The notes beneath the pieces were generated by a model. The model was not told where the DNA came from and did no database searches. It was given only the letters and a program-made list of their open reading frames with translations. A DNA stretch of 62,069 nt from Acidobacteriota bacterium. Lineage in GTDB: Bacteria; Patescibacteriota; Saccharimonadia; Saccharimonadales; Saccharimonadaceae. The stretch covers positions 1-62,069 of the forward strand of contig JBLMYW010000027.1 of assembly GCA_050258515.1 (NCBI GenBank), read 5' to 3'. The position numbers were made by a program, and so were the translations under genes. This document shows, piece after piece, positions 20,982 through 31,322 of this stretch. Position 1 is the stretch's first letter; each line of letters begins with the position of its first letter.

Positions 20982-21692
20982 TTATAATACGTCTTCAAGC
21001 ATAGTGCCCGCCCGTTGCACTAAATGCATAGTACGCGCGTAGTTTTGCCGCGTTGGGCCAATCACCCCGATGTAACTGCTGTCGCTGTAGGGTGAGCGGA
21101 ACTTGCTAATAATCAGCGTGGCGCCGCTACTTTTACCAATCGGATTTTCACTGCCGATAAATACATTGAGCGGCTCATTTGGTGCCGCCTCGCGCAGCCA
21201 CGGCTCAATGTTATCGATCAACCGTGCCACGGACTGTACATGCTGGCCCTGCATATACTCGGGCTGGCTAAATAGCCGGCTAATACCACTGGTATAGAGT
21301 TCGCGACCGATAGTTGCAAATCCCATATTGCCCGTCAGCTCCACCAGGCTATCGACAGCGCTGCGAATCGCGCGGTCAGATTTACCTAGGTGCGAATTGA
21401 CATGAGCCTCGATCGTTCTCGCACTACGATCAAGCCCGCTTGGCAATTCGCTCATGGCCGCCTCGGTAATACCATTCACATAGACACGGTAGCCCTTATC
21501 GGTAGGGATGCGCCCCGCGCTGGTATGCGGCGCAGCAATGAAGCCCATATCCTCTAGCTTGGCCATTTCAGCACGAATGGTAGCACTGGATACGCCAAAC
21601 AGTTTAGCCAGCGTAACACTGCCTACGGGTACGGCAATTTCAGCATACTGCTCAATAATTGTCGCAAGGATTGCTTGTTGGCGCTCGGTCAT
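20982..21692 (-). CDS. hrcA: Heat-inducible repressor HrcA (short form)
   Basis: PVGS..L, VSSATIR, PHTSAGRIPTDKGYR and IGVIGPTRQNY motifs; start taken at MTERQQ. Confidence 0.95.
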   Translation of the reverse strand: MTERQQAILATIIEQYAEIAVPVGSVTLAKLFGVSSATIRAEMAKLEDMGFIAAPHTSAGRIPTDKGYRVYVNGITEAAMSELPSGLDRSARTIEAHVNSHLGKSDRAIRSAVDSLVELTGNMGFATIGRELYTSGISRLFSQPEYMQGQHVQSVARLIDNIEPWLREAAPNEPLNVFIGSENPIGKSSGATLIISKFRSPYSDSSYIGVIGPTRQNYARTMHLVQRAGTMLEDVL

Positions 21693-21712
21693 GATGTTAG
21701 TATAGCAAAAAT

Positions 21713-21739
21713 CTGGCACTCATTCAAGTAGAGTGCTAG
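21713..21739. promoter_or_regulatory. CIRCE upstream of hrcA
   Basis: CTGGCACTC-attcaagta-GAGTGCTAG. Confidence 0.88.
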
Positions 21740-24700
21740 CTACCCTTTGCCGTCTATGAAATCTGTTCCGTCGTGACCCTTAGCCGGCTTCACTACCCAC
21801 GCACCGCCATCCCACACCTTTAGCGGATGAGCGCTCCACTGGGAGCCATCCCATACTTTCACTTTACCCGAACGGCCACTTGCCGGTATAGCCCCATATA
21901 CATCGAGCGATACAACAGGCGTTGGCGCGGTCAGCCCATTCATAGTGGTGGCCGGCGTAGCGCCTAAGTCGGCAAATATATTTAGGGTTGCCTGCTGGAT
22001 ATTCGCGTTCACGTAGTTGCCCCCACGATCATGCACGGCATCTAGCCCCCAGCTCCATTGGCAGGTGCCAAAGCCCACCACTACTGCACCAGATGCATAG
22101 CGTTGCGATATGACGCCCCAGTTTAAATCGCCATTACCAGCGTATTCTTGGCCGTTATCATCAGCACGCTTGCCGTCAATGTTAAAAATATGGTTCGCAA
22201 GCACCACATACGAACCCTCTGGCTGAGTGGGCAATATTTCGTCCGCCTCAAAGCCAATCAAGCCATTCACTGTAAAATTACCGCTCGTAATAGTCGTATC
22301 ACGCCAAAATGGATGCGATGCATACTCACTAGCCTGGTAAAAGGTGGCTGCGTAATCATTAACACCGTTCATACGAAAATCAGTACCGGTCAGCAGGTGC
22401 TCTGGCTTGCGGCCAGCAAAACGCGTATCTTTCCAGGTGCCCGTCCAGTCGATCGGGTCGAGCGGCGTACCGGCTACATGACCACCCGGCCCCTGCATCG
22501 TGTCCTTATAGCACCACATGGTATTGCGCTCAGCATCAAAGCGCGTACGCCAGAAGACTTCGTTACCACTAAAGAACAGTAGATTACCGCCCGCATCACG
22601 GTACGCCTCAAATGTATCACGCATGCCATCACTCCAGTATTCGTCGTGCCCGTTGGATACGGCAATATTTGTATTGGCCAACACCGATACGCCCGCATCA
22701 ACATCTTTCGAGGCAACATACTTTATATCTATACCGTTGCGCTCTAAAAAGCGAATCATTGGTGCTTCGCAGGCCATCCAGTAGGTCTGGGAGATGCCTT
22801 CGCGTGTGACAATCGGCCGATGGTAGCTCACCGCATGGGTACGGCTAGCAATATCGCCTAAGGGGCCGCCACTACCATACACCGATTTACCCGTTAGTGG
22901 GCTAGCGGGTGTGCCGTAGTAATTGTAGGCTAGCGCCCAGGTAGTATCCGATGTCTTGTAAGCCACATCGGCCGCACGCGCATCGTTGCGCACAATAAAC
23001 GGAATATAGCTAGCATTATCGCGCGTCACATTACGATACACACCTACAAATAGACCCGACAGTGCATCGGCTGGCACTTCCCAGCTAGCGGTGATGCTCC
23101 AGTTGCTACATTCGACACCGTTATTGCTATCCGGGATGATACTCGGATCCGGCTGGCTTGTCGCCGTATTTTCTAGCTCAGCCACTTTGCGCCAGCCTAG
23201 CCCGTCATAGTAGCCTATGCGGTAAATATCGATTATCACACCGTCACCATGACAGCTAAAGTCAATTGTTTCACCAGCATTCACACTAAATTGGCGCGTG
23301 AAGCCAAGGTTAGAAGTATCACCCGCACCAGCTATTGTGTAGTCTGCCCCCATGGCGCCCTCTTTGGCATTTTCTTCCTCGATTGTGGCGCCAAATGTTG
23401 GGTCAAAACTACCATCACCAGTTGGTGCAATGATATCCACCCCGTACCATGTTGAAGTGGCTGCAGTTGGTCGTCCATTCGTGATGCCATACCGACTATT
23501 TGATAGTAGTGTCGTATACATTGGCCCGACATCTAGCCTAGTGCCCGGCCACGCATTGGGGAGCGTGGTGTAGTGCTGCAGAGGGCCAGGCAAATATACC
23601 GCTAGCAGATAGTCGACGCCCGGCACACCACTATACGGGGTATCAAACAATAGTTCATTCCACCCTGTGCTCGCCGTGAGTCCGGTCTTTACCGCTACTT
23701 CGGTATCATTAGCATACAGGCGTACCTCCAGGCCAGACTGGGGTGCTGGCGAATAAAAACGCCCGCCCGATAGTAAGCTCGCTCCAGACAGTGCGCAGAT
23801 AATACCAAAGCTCTGTCCACCAGGTGCATTATCATTAACTACCCCGCCAGGTGTCCATCCTAAGTCTGAAGGGAAGGCATATTGACTGACTGGCGGTGCG
23901 GCAGTTGTTTCGATTTCTATTTCGTCACTTGGCTCGCTTTCGTTACCAGCTTCATCGCGTGCCGATACGCGGTAGTACCACGTACCTACTGGCGCCGTTT
24001 CACTGTAGTGTGATAGGGCAGGGCCGCCTACTTGATCTTCCGGTGCTGGAGTAAAGCCCTGGGTGCTACTGCGATACACTACATAGTTTTGCAGTTCTAC
24101 GTCATCAGTACTATCATCCCAGTCAAGTGTGACCGATTGATAGGTGGTATCACCGGTGAGATTTTGCGGAACTGAGGGCGGCTCGGTATCCGGCGCCTCT
24201 ATGACCGTATTCATGTAGTGCTCTACCTGCGCTTCGGTCAGGGCGGCGTCAAAGAACCGCAAATCATCGAGCACTTGCTGCTGGTAATCCTCGCCGAACA
24301 GATACATAGTATCGTCCGATGCATCGATAGTCCCCGAGACTGCCTGCGACGCCACCTCGTCGCCATCGATATACGCCCGCAGCGTCGTGCCGTCGTAGGC
24401 AAGCGCATAGTGCGCCCAGGTACCCATAGACACCTCTGAGGCCGTCAGCGCCACCTCGCCGCCGTTAATGCGTGCCGTAAATACCACATTTACACCATCC
24501 GAAGCACTAATACCAAATGTCACATTGCTACTGGTATCAAGTTGGTAGACGCTACGGCTAGAGGTGTCGGCACCTTCACTGCCGCGCCGCGCCCAAAACA
24601 TCACCGTACGTTCAGGCGTTTCTAGCCAGTCGGCTGCATTAGCAATACGATGCGGCGCGCCACCACCCACCTGGTGCAGAGCATTGCCAGCAAGAGGCAT

Positions 24701-25393
24701 GGGGCGGCCCATACCAAAGTTGCTAGCGCTATTAACGGTCAAATCATGATTGTTACCGGTCGCGTCTTCAGCCGTGGTGCCGCCGGTCTCGTTAAAACCG
24801 TATTCGGCAATCGGCTCGGGCATCGGGCCAGCACCTTCGTCGGTGACGATAATATCCGCGCCATACCATGCTTCTGAATGACCAGTAGAGCCAGAACCAA
24901 TACGGTATCGCCCACGACCACTATTCGGTACCAAAATACTGATATCTGCCTCGGCAAGCACCAGATCTACATCGTCCACCGAACGTATTATATGACCCTG
25001 CGGACTTGCAGCATGTACATAAAACATCTGCTGCGGATCGACAAATTCGTAGCCGATAAATACCAGGTCGCCGGGATTGAGCGCAAATGGCGTATCCCAG
25101 GTAACCTCGGCCCATCCGGCATTAGCCGACGTGGTAGTTACCTTCTCTACCAGCGGCGCAGTAGATAGATCAACTGCTGCGGTGGTTGATACCCATGCTT
25201 TGATAGTAATAGACTGGTTAAATACACTGGGATCGTTAGGAATATATACACGCCCGCCAGCACAGTACCATCCGCTCGCCATAGCGCCGTAGGTATACAG
25301 GTAGTTACCAAGTACGATATTTGGCGTACCGTCACTGTATGCAGTCAGTAGATATGGTGGCGTACCTGAGCCAAAAACTGTATGCTGTGCCAT
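21740..25393 (-). CDS. Multidomain protein: DUF4082-like, LamG/ConA, FN3, DUF4082-like, N,N-dimethylformamidase-beta-like domain
   Basis: WAHYALAYDGTTLRAYIDG (LamG), YYRVSARDEAGNES (FN3), IYRIGYY / GHDEYWS / FFSGNEVFW (DMFase-beta-like), C-terminal KVWDG..W repeats. Confidence 0.75.
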   Translation of the reverse strand: MAQHTVFGSGTPPYLLTAYSDGTPNIVLGNYLYTYGAMASGWYCAGGRVYIPNDPSVFNQSITIKAWVSTTAAVDLSTAPLVEKVTTTSANAGWAEVTWDTPFALNPGDLVFIGYEFVDPQQMFYVHAASPQGHIIRSVDDVDLVLAEADISILVPNSGRGRYRIGSGSTGHSEAWYGADIIVTDEGAGPMPEPIAEYGFNETGGTTAEDATGNNHDLTVNSASNFGMGRPMPLAGNALHQVGGGAPHRIANAADWLETPERTVMFWARRGSEGADTSSRSVYQLDTSSNVTFGISASDGVNVVFTARINGGEVALTASEVSMGTWAHYALAYDGTTLRAYIDGDEVASQAVSGTIDASDDTMYLFGEDYQQQVLDDLRFFDAALTEAQVEHYMNTVIEAPDTEPPSVPQNLTGDTTYQSVTLDWDDSTDDVELQNYVVYRSSTQGFTPAPEDQVGGPALSHYSETAPVGTWYYRVSARDEAGNESEPSDEIEIETTAAPPVSQYAFPSDLGWTPGGVVNDNAPGGQSFGIICALSGASLLSGGRFYSPAPQSGLEVRLYANDTEVAVKTGLTASTGWNELLFDTPYSGVPGVDYLLAVYLPGPLQHYTTLPNAWPGTRLDVGPMYTTLLSNSRYGITNGRPTAATSTWYGVDIIAPTGDGSFDPTFGATIEEENAKEGAMGADYTIAGAGDTSNLGFTRQFSVNAGETIDFSCHGDGVIIDIYRIGYYDGLGWRKVAELENTATSQPDPSIIPDSNNGVECSNWSITASWEVPADALSGLFVGVYRNVTRDNASYIPFIVRNDARAADVAYKTSDTTWALAYNYYGTPASPLTGKSVYGSGGPLGDIASRTHAVSYHRPIVTREGISQTYWMACEAPMIRFLERNGIDIKYVASKDVDAGVSVLANTNIAVSNGHDEYWSDGMRDTFEAYRDAGGNLLFFSGNEVFWRTRFDAERNTMWCYKDTMQGPGGHVAGTPLDPIDWTGTWKDTRFAGRKPEHLLTGTDFRMNGVNDYAATFYQASEYASHPFWRDTTITSGNFTVNGLIGFEADEILPTQPEGSYVVLANHIFNIDGKRADDNGQEYAGNGDLNWGVISQRYASGAVVVGFGTCQWSWGLDAVHDRGGNYVNANIQQATLNIFADLGATPATTMNGLTAPTPVVSLDVYGAIPASGRSGKVKVWDGSQWSAHPLKVWDGGAWVVKPAKGHDGTDFIDGKG

Positions 25394-25406
25394 CCGCTAG
25401 CCCCGC

Positions 25407-25817
25407 CTATTCACTCAAATCTACCCACAAGTCGCCAACGGATGGGCTGAGCGGGGCAATCGCTGAAATAGTAATACCCTGTATGCCAGAAATATGCGTC
25501 GCTCCGGCTGGACCCATTGCCCCCGATGGGCCGACAGGTCCTGTGGCGCCGGTAGCGCCACTGGGACCCACAGGACCTGTCGGCCCAGCTGGCCCCGTCG
25601 CGCCTGTTGGGCCAGTTGGGCCTACACCTATATCGATTGCATCCTTAACCTATTGCGCCAACGCGCCTTCAGTAATAGCGCCAGGAGCAATCGCACTAGC
25701 CGTTACAACATTATCTTTAAGCGTACCGTCGCTTTTGTGCGCAGCGGCAAGATAGTCGTTTAAAATGTGCCCCCACGAGCCTTCATCGCCACCAGGAGTA
25801 GGTAACCGTGCTGCCAT
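25407..25817 (-). pseudogene. Collagen-like protein interrupted by one in-frame TAG at 25650-25652
   Basis: MAARLPTPGGDEGSWG...[14 protein letters not shown] then 14 Gly-X-Y triplets, ending GDLWVDLSE*; single frame throughout. Confidence 0.8.
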
Positions 25818-25915
25818 AATACTACTTATGATACCATACCTCCCCGGTACGTACAGTGGTTTTGTGACGTTAGTCACTGCCATAGGGGCATCCCGGCGAT
25901 GATACAATAGACACT

Positions 25916-26998
25916 ATGAAACGCCGCAAATTTACCTTCCACGTTGTCAGCCTGCCCCACACACAGACCACTGCCGAGTATACGCACTGCGCCTTTACCC
26001 AGAAGGTACGCAAGTTCTGCAACATGATGACCGATCTTGGCCACGAAGTAATCTTGTATGCCAGTGAAGAAAATGAAGCCCGCGTCAGCGAGCTGGTGAC
26101 CGTCATTACCAAAGATAAGCAACGCGAACTATTCGGCGACTACGACCATACCAAGCAGCAATTTAACATTACCTGGGGGATGTACGACCCGGCCTGGGTA
26201 GAGATGAACTCGAGTACCATACGCGCTATGGCCGAGCGCATCAAGCCGCACGACTTTATCTGCCTGATAGGCGGACATGTGCAAAAAATTATTGCCGATG
26301 CCTTCCCCGACAATCTCTCGGTTGAATACGGCATAGGGTATACTGGGCCTTTTGCTAAGTATCGCGTGTACGAAAGCTACTCGCACCTACACCTCATCCA
26401 CGGTTTGCAGCATAACGAATACCACGGCGACTTCTTTGAAGCCGTTATCCCAAACTACTACGATATCGAAGAGTTCCCGTTTGCCGAGGAAAAGGACGAC
26501 TATTACCTATTTATTGGACGGCTCAACCAAGATAAAGGCTACTCCATCGCGCAAGAAGTATGCCAGAAACTTGGTAAGCGGCTGATTGTTGCGGGCCAAG
26601 GCAACTTTAGCGGCTACGGCGAATATATTGGTGTAGTAGGGGTAAAGAAACGGGGCGAGCTAATGAGTAAGGCGAAGGCGGTATTTGTACCTAGCCTGTA
26701 CATTGAACCCTTCGGTGGCGTCCATGCCGAAGCAATGCTATGCGGTACGCCCGTCATCACCACTAACTTTGGCGTTTTTACCGAAACAGTGGTAAATGGA
26801 GTAAACGGCTACCGCTGCGATATGTTCCGTGATTTTGTAGCAGCAGCCAAAGCAGTAGAAAAGTTCAGCACTGCCAAACGTAAAAAAATCAGGGCTGACG
26901 CTCAAAAGCGATTTAGTACTACCACTGTTGCGAAGCAATATGATGAGTACTTTAATCGCCTCGCTACGCTATGGGGTGATGGCTGGTACAGTAAATAA
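25916..26998 (+). CDS. GT-B (GT4-like) glycosyltransferase
   Basis: LFIGRLNQDKG and EPFGGVHAEAMLCGTPVI (Ex7E) motifs. Confidence 0.9.
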   Translation: MKRRKFTFHVVSLPHTQTTAEYTHCAFTQKVRKFCNMMTDLGHEVILYASEENEARVSELVTVITKDKQRELFGDYDHTKQQFNITWGMYDPAWVEMNSSTIRAMAERIKPHDFICLIGGHVQKIIADAFPDNLSVEYGIGYTGPFAKYRVYESYSHLHLIHGLQHNEYHGDFFEAVIPNYYDIEEFPFAEEKDDYYLFIGRLNQDKGYSIAQEVCQKLGKRLIVAGQGNFSGYGEYIGVVGVKKRGELMSKAKAVFVPSLYIEPFGGVHAEAMLCGTPVITTNFGVFTETVVNGVNGYRCDMFRDFVAAAKAVEKFSTAKRKKIRADAQKRFSTTTVAKQYDEYFNRLATLWGDGWYSK

Positions 26999-27045
26999 AT
27001 ACACCCTTTAGCGGGCGTATTTATTGGCATTACCTCTAAGAGTCG

Positions 27046-27270
27046 CTACGAAGCTGAGCGACCACCATAGGCGCTAGCGCCATACCCTAGGCTTGCATTT
27101 GCTTGGCCAAGCCTCTTTTTCTGACCTGACTTATCGAGCCCAGCAATTGAATTAACAATTGCGCCTGCGCCAATAGCCGTAAGACCTGCCGCCGCTGCAT
27201 ACTTTAAAAAGTCCTTGCGATCCATCTTTTTGTTCAGTAGTACTGCTACTTGATCTTTGATACCTGACAT
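27046..27270 (-). CDS. Small protein with a Tat-like signal (DRKDFLK + hydrophobic helix)
   Basis: AAGGA RBS; MDRKDFLKYAAAAGLTAIGAG; directly downstream of tatC. Confidence 0.7.
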   Translation of the reverse strand: MSGIKDQVAVLLNKKMDRKDFLKYAAAAGLTAIGAGAIVNSIAGLDKSGQKKRLGQANASLGYGASAYGGRSAS

Positions 27271-27339
27271 ATTTGTTTTTCCTTTTTATACACCAGAGTA
27301 TAGCATTATTTTTATATAAGCACAAGTATTTTTCATCAT

Positions 27340-28431
27340 TTACGCCATCCTCCCCACACGCATAACGCCATCTAGGCTTTGCATAGCTAGGCTAGGCATA
27401 CTGGCGGCCGCTGGTTCAGAACGCGCTGGCAGTACTAGTCGCGGCGGTGACTCGCGTACAGGCACGGCCACTTTTGCCACAGGCCGAGGCGTACGAGCGA
27501 TGGCGATATCCATTGTTTTGCCGTGAGGCTTGTGTGATCGTGTTGCCAGTAGCTGACCATTGGGCACAACCGTTGCTACTACGGACGGCACTGGCTGAAG
27601 TGCTGGTGCAGGCACCGCTATAATATCTGGCTGACGACTGCGCACTTCTGTGCCTACAGTACGTTTGGACTTACGGTTCTTTATCGCCACCAATACTATA
27701 CCCAATTGGTACATAACTACTATCGGTGCCGCAAGTAATGTTTGGTTGACAGCATCAGGTGTTGGTGAAATTGCTGCCGCCACGATGAATGATCCTAGGA
27801 TAATCTTACCCTGGGCCTTCATTAACTTTGATGGCGTCAGTGGGGTAGCGGTATTAATGATGAGCAGAATAAGCGGCAGCTGAAAGAGCAGGGCGCCCGC
27901 CAGCATATATGTCATAATGAACGAAAAGTATGAATCAATAGTGAGCATGGGGTTAATGTGATTAAGATCAAACCCAGTTAAGAACTGCAGCGCTGCTGGC
28001 AGACTAATATAGTACGCAAAGGCGATACCGACGACTGCCAATACAAATGATGCAGTGGTGTAGCCAAGCACAGTACGTAACAGTACTTGACGTACCGCTG
28101 GCATAAAAAAACGATACATATGGAATATCAGTACCGGCAACACGCCGATTAGCCCGATATACGCACACACCTTAATAACAAAACTAAAGGCTCCGCCAGG
28201 CGTAAGATACACAAGCTCCTGCCCCTCTTTTAGAGGGGCCATCAGATATTCGGTCACTACGCCAAAAAATGGGTACGCTGCTGATGCAATAAGCAAAAAT
28301 ATCAGTACCGTAGAGAACAAACGGCCTTGCAACTCTTTCAGATGATCCATAAGAGTTGGCAAGGCCGATTCGTCCGTAGAAGTATGGTTACTTCTTTTTG
28401 CCACCCTTTTCTTTATCCCCGCTTGGTTCAT
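27340..28431 (-). CDS. tatC: Twin-arginine translocase TatC with long Pro/Val-rich C-terminal tail
   Basis: TLMDHLKELQGRL, FFMPA, FQLPL and AAAISPTPDA motifs; start uncertain (overlaps tatA). Confidence 0.9.
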   Translation of the reverse strand: MNQAGIKKRVAKRSNHTSTDESALPTLMDHLKELQGRLFSTVLIFLLIASAAYPFFGVVTEYLMAPLKEGQELVYLTPGGAFSFVIKVCAYIGLIGVLPVLIFHMYRFFMPAVRQVLLRTVLGYTTASFVLAVVGIAFAYYISLPAALQFLTGFDLNHINPMLTIDSYFSFIMTYMLAGALLFQLPLILLIINTATPLTPSKLMKAQGKIILGSFIVAAAISPTPDAVNQTLLAAPIVVMYQLGIVLVAIKNRKSKRTVGTEVRSRQPDIIAVPAPALQPVPSVVATVVPNGQLLATRSHKPHGKTMDIAIARTPRPVAKVAVPVRESPPRLVLPARSEPAAASMPSLAMQSLDGVMRVGRMA

Positions 28432-28564
28432 CGCGCATTGCGCCCTTTAGCTCTTTGGCTGATGTTCCGATACTGCGTGCGAGTTCTGGTAATTTCTTTG
28501 CCCCAAAGAGCAAGAGGAGAATCACAAGAATAACGACAAGCTCCATTGGTCCAATAGTTGGCAT
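28388..28564 (-). CDS. tatA: Twin-arginine translocase TatA
   Basis: IGPMELVVILVILLLLFGAKKLPELARSIG; GGGAG RBS before ATG 28564. Confidence 0.95.
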   Translation of the reverse strand: MPTIGPMELVVILVILLLLFGAKKLPELARSIGTSAKELKGAMRDEPSGDKEKGGKKK

Positions 28565-28646
28565 TCGATATTTCTCCCTTGATTTATCTGTATACAAGCT
28601 TTATTATACTGGTAACGGTTATTTATGCAAGAGGAACAAAAACAAT

Positions 28647-28868
28647 ATGTATACATTTTACACTAACTTCGCCGCAGACTACAACTGTGCCGCCTACGGC
28701 GCCGGCAGCTACAATAGCAACCAATCATGTGAGTCACTTACTAACAGTGGTGCGCTAGCCGACACCGGCACCAGTGTCGTCGTCGGTGTAACGGGTGGCG
28801 TATTGCTAATCGCGGTTGCAGCCGTGATACTGTTTACGACTCGCCGCAAGAAAAACGCTACTAAATAG
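28647..28868 (+). CDS. Small protein with LPXTG-like sorting signal (LADTG-TM-RRKK)
   Basis: GAGGA RBS; CAAYGAGSYNSNQSC loop, LADTG, hydrophobic helix, basic tail. Confidence 0.75.
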   Translation: MYTFYTNFAADYNCAAYGAGSYNSNQSCESLTNSGALADTGTSVVVGVTGGVLLIAVAAVILFTTRRKKNATK

Positions 28869-28912
28869 CCTCTACCTCTGTACTTTTTTGCATAATTCCA
28901 TATACTATATCT

Positions 28913-29545
28913 ATGGAACAGCTGTCTGATACTGAATTACAAACGATTAAACAATGGCTTGGTACGGGCTCAATAAATATTTTTGGGCTGCCATTTAGCG
29001 GCAAAGATACGCACGGCCATCAATTGGCAGAGCTGTTTGACGCTTCGATTATGGGTGGCGGCGATATATTACGCAACTCCGTTATCCCACAGCATGTACA
29101 AGAACTGATTGATGCTGGCAGATTGGCGCCTATTGAGGATTACATACGGATTGTCACTCCCTATCTATCACGCGAAGAGTTTGCAGGCAGGCCGCTCATT
29201 TTAAGCTCGGTAGGCCGCTGGCATGGTGAAGAGCCGGGCGTCATGGGTGCTGCTACGGCTGCCGGCCACCCCATGAAGGCAGCAATCTACTTGGTAGTAA
29301 GTGAGGCTACGGCACTCAAACGCTACCAAGCATCGCGCGAAGATGAAAAGCGCGGTGCACGCGCTGACGATGCCGAGCATATTTTAGCAACGCGCTTTAC
29401 TGAATTCCATAACAAAACGTTACCAGTGATTGATTTTTATCGTGACAAAGGCATGGTGATAGAGGTAGATGGCAACCCACCCAAAGCTCAGGTGCATCAG
29501 GCAATCCTCCGAGGCCTCTACGAGTTCGCGACTCGCGAATCTTAA
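28913..29545 (+). CDS. Adenylate kinase-family nucleoside monophosphate kinase
   Basis: GLPFSGKDT P-loop, GDILR, RADD and KTLPVIDFY motifs. Confidence 0.85.
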   Translation: MEQLSDTELQTIKQWLGTGSINIFGLPFSGKDTHGHQLAELFDASIMGGGDILRNSVIPQHVQELIDAGRLAPIEDYIRIVTPYLSREEFAGRPLILSSVGRWHGEEPGVMGAATAAGHPMKAAIYLVVSEATALKRYQASREDEKRGARADDAEHILATRFTEFHNKTLPVIDFYRDKGMVIEVDGNPPKAQVHQAILRGLYEFATRES

Positions 29546-31320
29546 TCTCGTTTTAGCATTACAGTGAAGGCTTCACTCGGTATATCTACTTTTCCGAATC
29601 TCTTCATGCGCTTTTTGCCGCGGGCCTGCTTGGCAAGGAGTTTCTTTTTACGGCTGACGTCGCCGCCATATAGATAGCCCGTCACATCCTTGCGGTAGGC
29701 GCCAATATTTTCCCGGGCGATAAAGCGCCCGCCAATAGCTGCCTGCAAACTAACCTCGAACGCCTGGCGCGGCACAACATCCTTCAGCTTCTTTACTACC
29801 TCGCGGCCCAGCGCATCAGCCTCGCTACGATGGCACATTACACTGAGCGCATCCACTATTTCGCCGCTGATGTAAAAATCTACCCGTACAAGATCTTCCG
29901 CCTGGTACCCATTCAATTCGTAATTAAAACTGCCGTAGCCACTCGTCACGCTCTTAAGCTGATCATAAAAATCAGTTAGCAGGTTCGCAAGCGGCGCTTC
30001 AAAGCTAATAAGTGCGCGCTCGTCAATATAACTCAGGTTTTTTTGCCGGCCACGCTTCGTCACGATCAGCTGAATCACGGCACCAATATAATCTTGCGGC
30101 ACGACAATTTCGCCGGTGATCCATGGTTCACGGATTTCACTTACCCTGGCGACATCGGGCAGTTCCGATGCGCTCTTAATATCCAGTTCTTCGCCGTTGG
30201 TCAGTGTCACCTGATAGTCAGTGCTCGGATTTGTCACCACAAGGTCAAGGTTATATTCGCGCTCCAGCCGCTCGCGAACAATATCCATGTGCAGTAGGCC
30301 CAAAAAGCCAATGCGCACACCATAGCCAAGTACCGGCGAATTCTCCGGCTCAAACTGCAACGCCGAATCACTCAAACTCAGCTTTTCAATTGCCTCTTTG
30401 AGGTCATTGTAATCTTCGTTACTCACTGGGAAAAATCCTGCGTACACGAACGGCTGGACGTTTTTGTACCCAGGCAGCGGTGCTGCAGCATGCGCCCGCC
30501 GTACCGTGATTGTATCGCCCACCTTCGCATCACGAGTGGTCTTAAGGTTCGTCACGATATACCCGATTTCGCCAGTAGCTATCTCTGGATCAGGGTTCAT
30601 TGCCGGGCTCAGGTGCCCCACTTCAAGGGCTAGGCCATGCGCACCGGTGGCAAGCATTTCTATGGTGTCGCCTTTTTTTATCACTCCGTCTATAAGCCGT
30701 GTATACAAAATAACACCGCGGTAATCATCGTAGTAGCTGTCAAATATTAGTGCCCGAGTAACGTCATTTGCTTGCCCCTTCGGTGCCGGTACGCGGGTTA
30801 CGATTGCCTCTAGCACCTGGTCGACATTTTCACCAGTCTTGGCCGAAATCTTGATAATCTCTTCCTCTTTGCAGCCAAGCAAGTTGATGACTTCTTTACT
30901 AACACGCGGTACATCAGCCGCTGGCAAATCAACTTTGTTTAACACTGGAATAATCGTCAAATCCTGCTCAAGCGCCAAGTACACATTTGCGAGCGTTTGC
31001 GCCTGGATGCCCTGGCTTGCATCGACTACCAGCACCGCGCCTTCGCAGGCCTGCAAACTGCGACTCACCTCATAGCTAAAATCCACGTGCCCTGGCGTAT
31101 CTATCAAATTTAAGTCAATACCGTCATACCGCATGCGTACCGGGGCAAGCTTAATCGTAATTCCCTTTTCACGCTCTAGCTCCATACTATCGAGCAGTTG
31201 CGATTTCATATCGCGCTTCTCTACGGTACCGGTTACTTCCATCATCCGATCAGCTAACGTGCTCTTACCGTGATCAATGTGGGCGATAATACAAAAATTC
31301 CTAATGTGGGCTTGATCCAT
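29542..31320 (-). CDS. lepA: Elongation factor 4
   Basis: IRNFCIIAHIDHGKSTLADR and GFLGLLH motifs. Confidence 0.98.
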   Translation of the reverse strand: MDQAHIRNFCIIAHIDHGKSTLADRMMEVTGTVEKRDMKSQLLDSMELEREKGITIKLAPVRMRYDGIDLNLIDTPGHVDFSYEVSRSLQACEGAVLVVDASQGIQAQTLANVYLALEQDLTIIPVLNKVDLPAADVPRVSKEVINLLGCKEEEIIKISAKTGENVDQVLEAIVTRVPAPKGQANDVTRALIFDSYYDDYRGVILYTRLIDGVIKKGDTIEMLATGAHGLALEVGHLSPAMNPDPEIATGEIGYIVTNLKTTRDAKVGDTITVRRAHAAAPLPGYKNVQPFVYAGFFPVSNEDYNDLKEAIEKLSLSDSALQFEPENSPVLGYGVRIGFLGLLHMDIVRERLEREYNLDLVVTNPSTDYQVTLTNGEELDIKSASELPDVARVSEIREPWITGEIVVPQDYIGAVIQLIVTKRGRQKNLSYIDERALISFEAPLANLLTDFYDQLKSVTSGYGSFNYELNGYQAEDLVRVDFYISGEIVDALSVMCHRSEADALGREVVKKLKDVVPRQAFEVSLQAAIGGRFIARENIGAYRKDVTGYLYGGDVSRKKKLLAKQARGKKRMKRFGKVDIPSEAFTVMLKRD

Positions 31321-31322
31321 CG

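Noticed and set aside
25650-25652. Genome-wide TAG recoding
   Set aside because: TAG terminates conserved genes at their expected ends (e.g. yebC, rimK, dnaJ, glnA)
25321-25755. Plus-strand ORF with Gly-Pro repeats
   Set aside because: Antisense shadow of the minus-strand collagen repeat, which has a proper start, domain context and operon position
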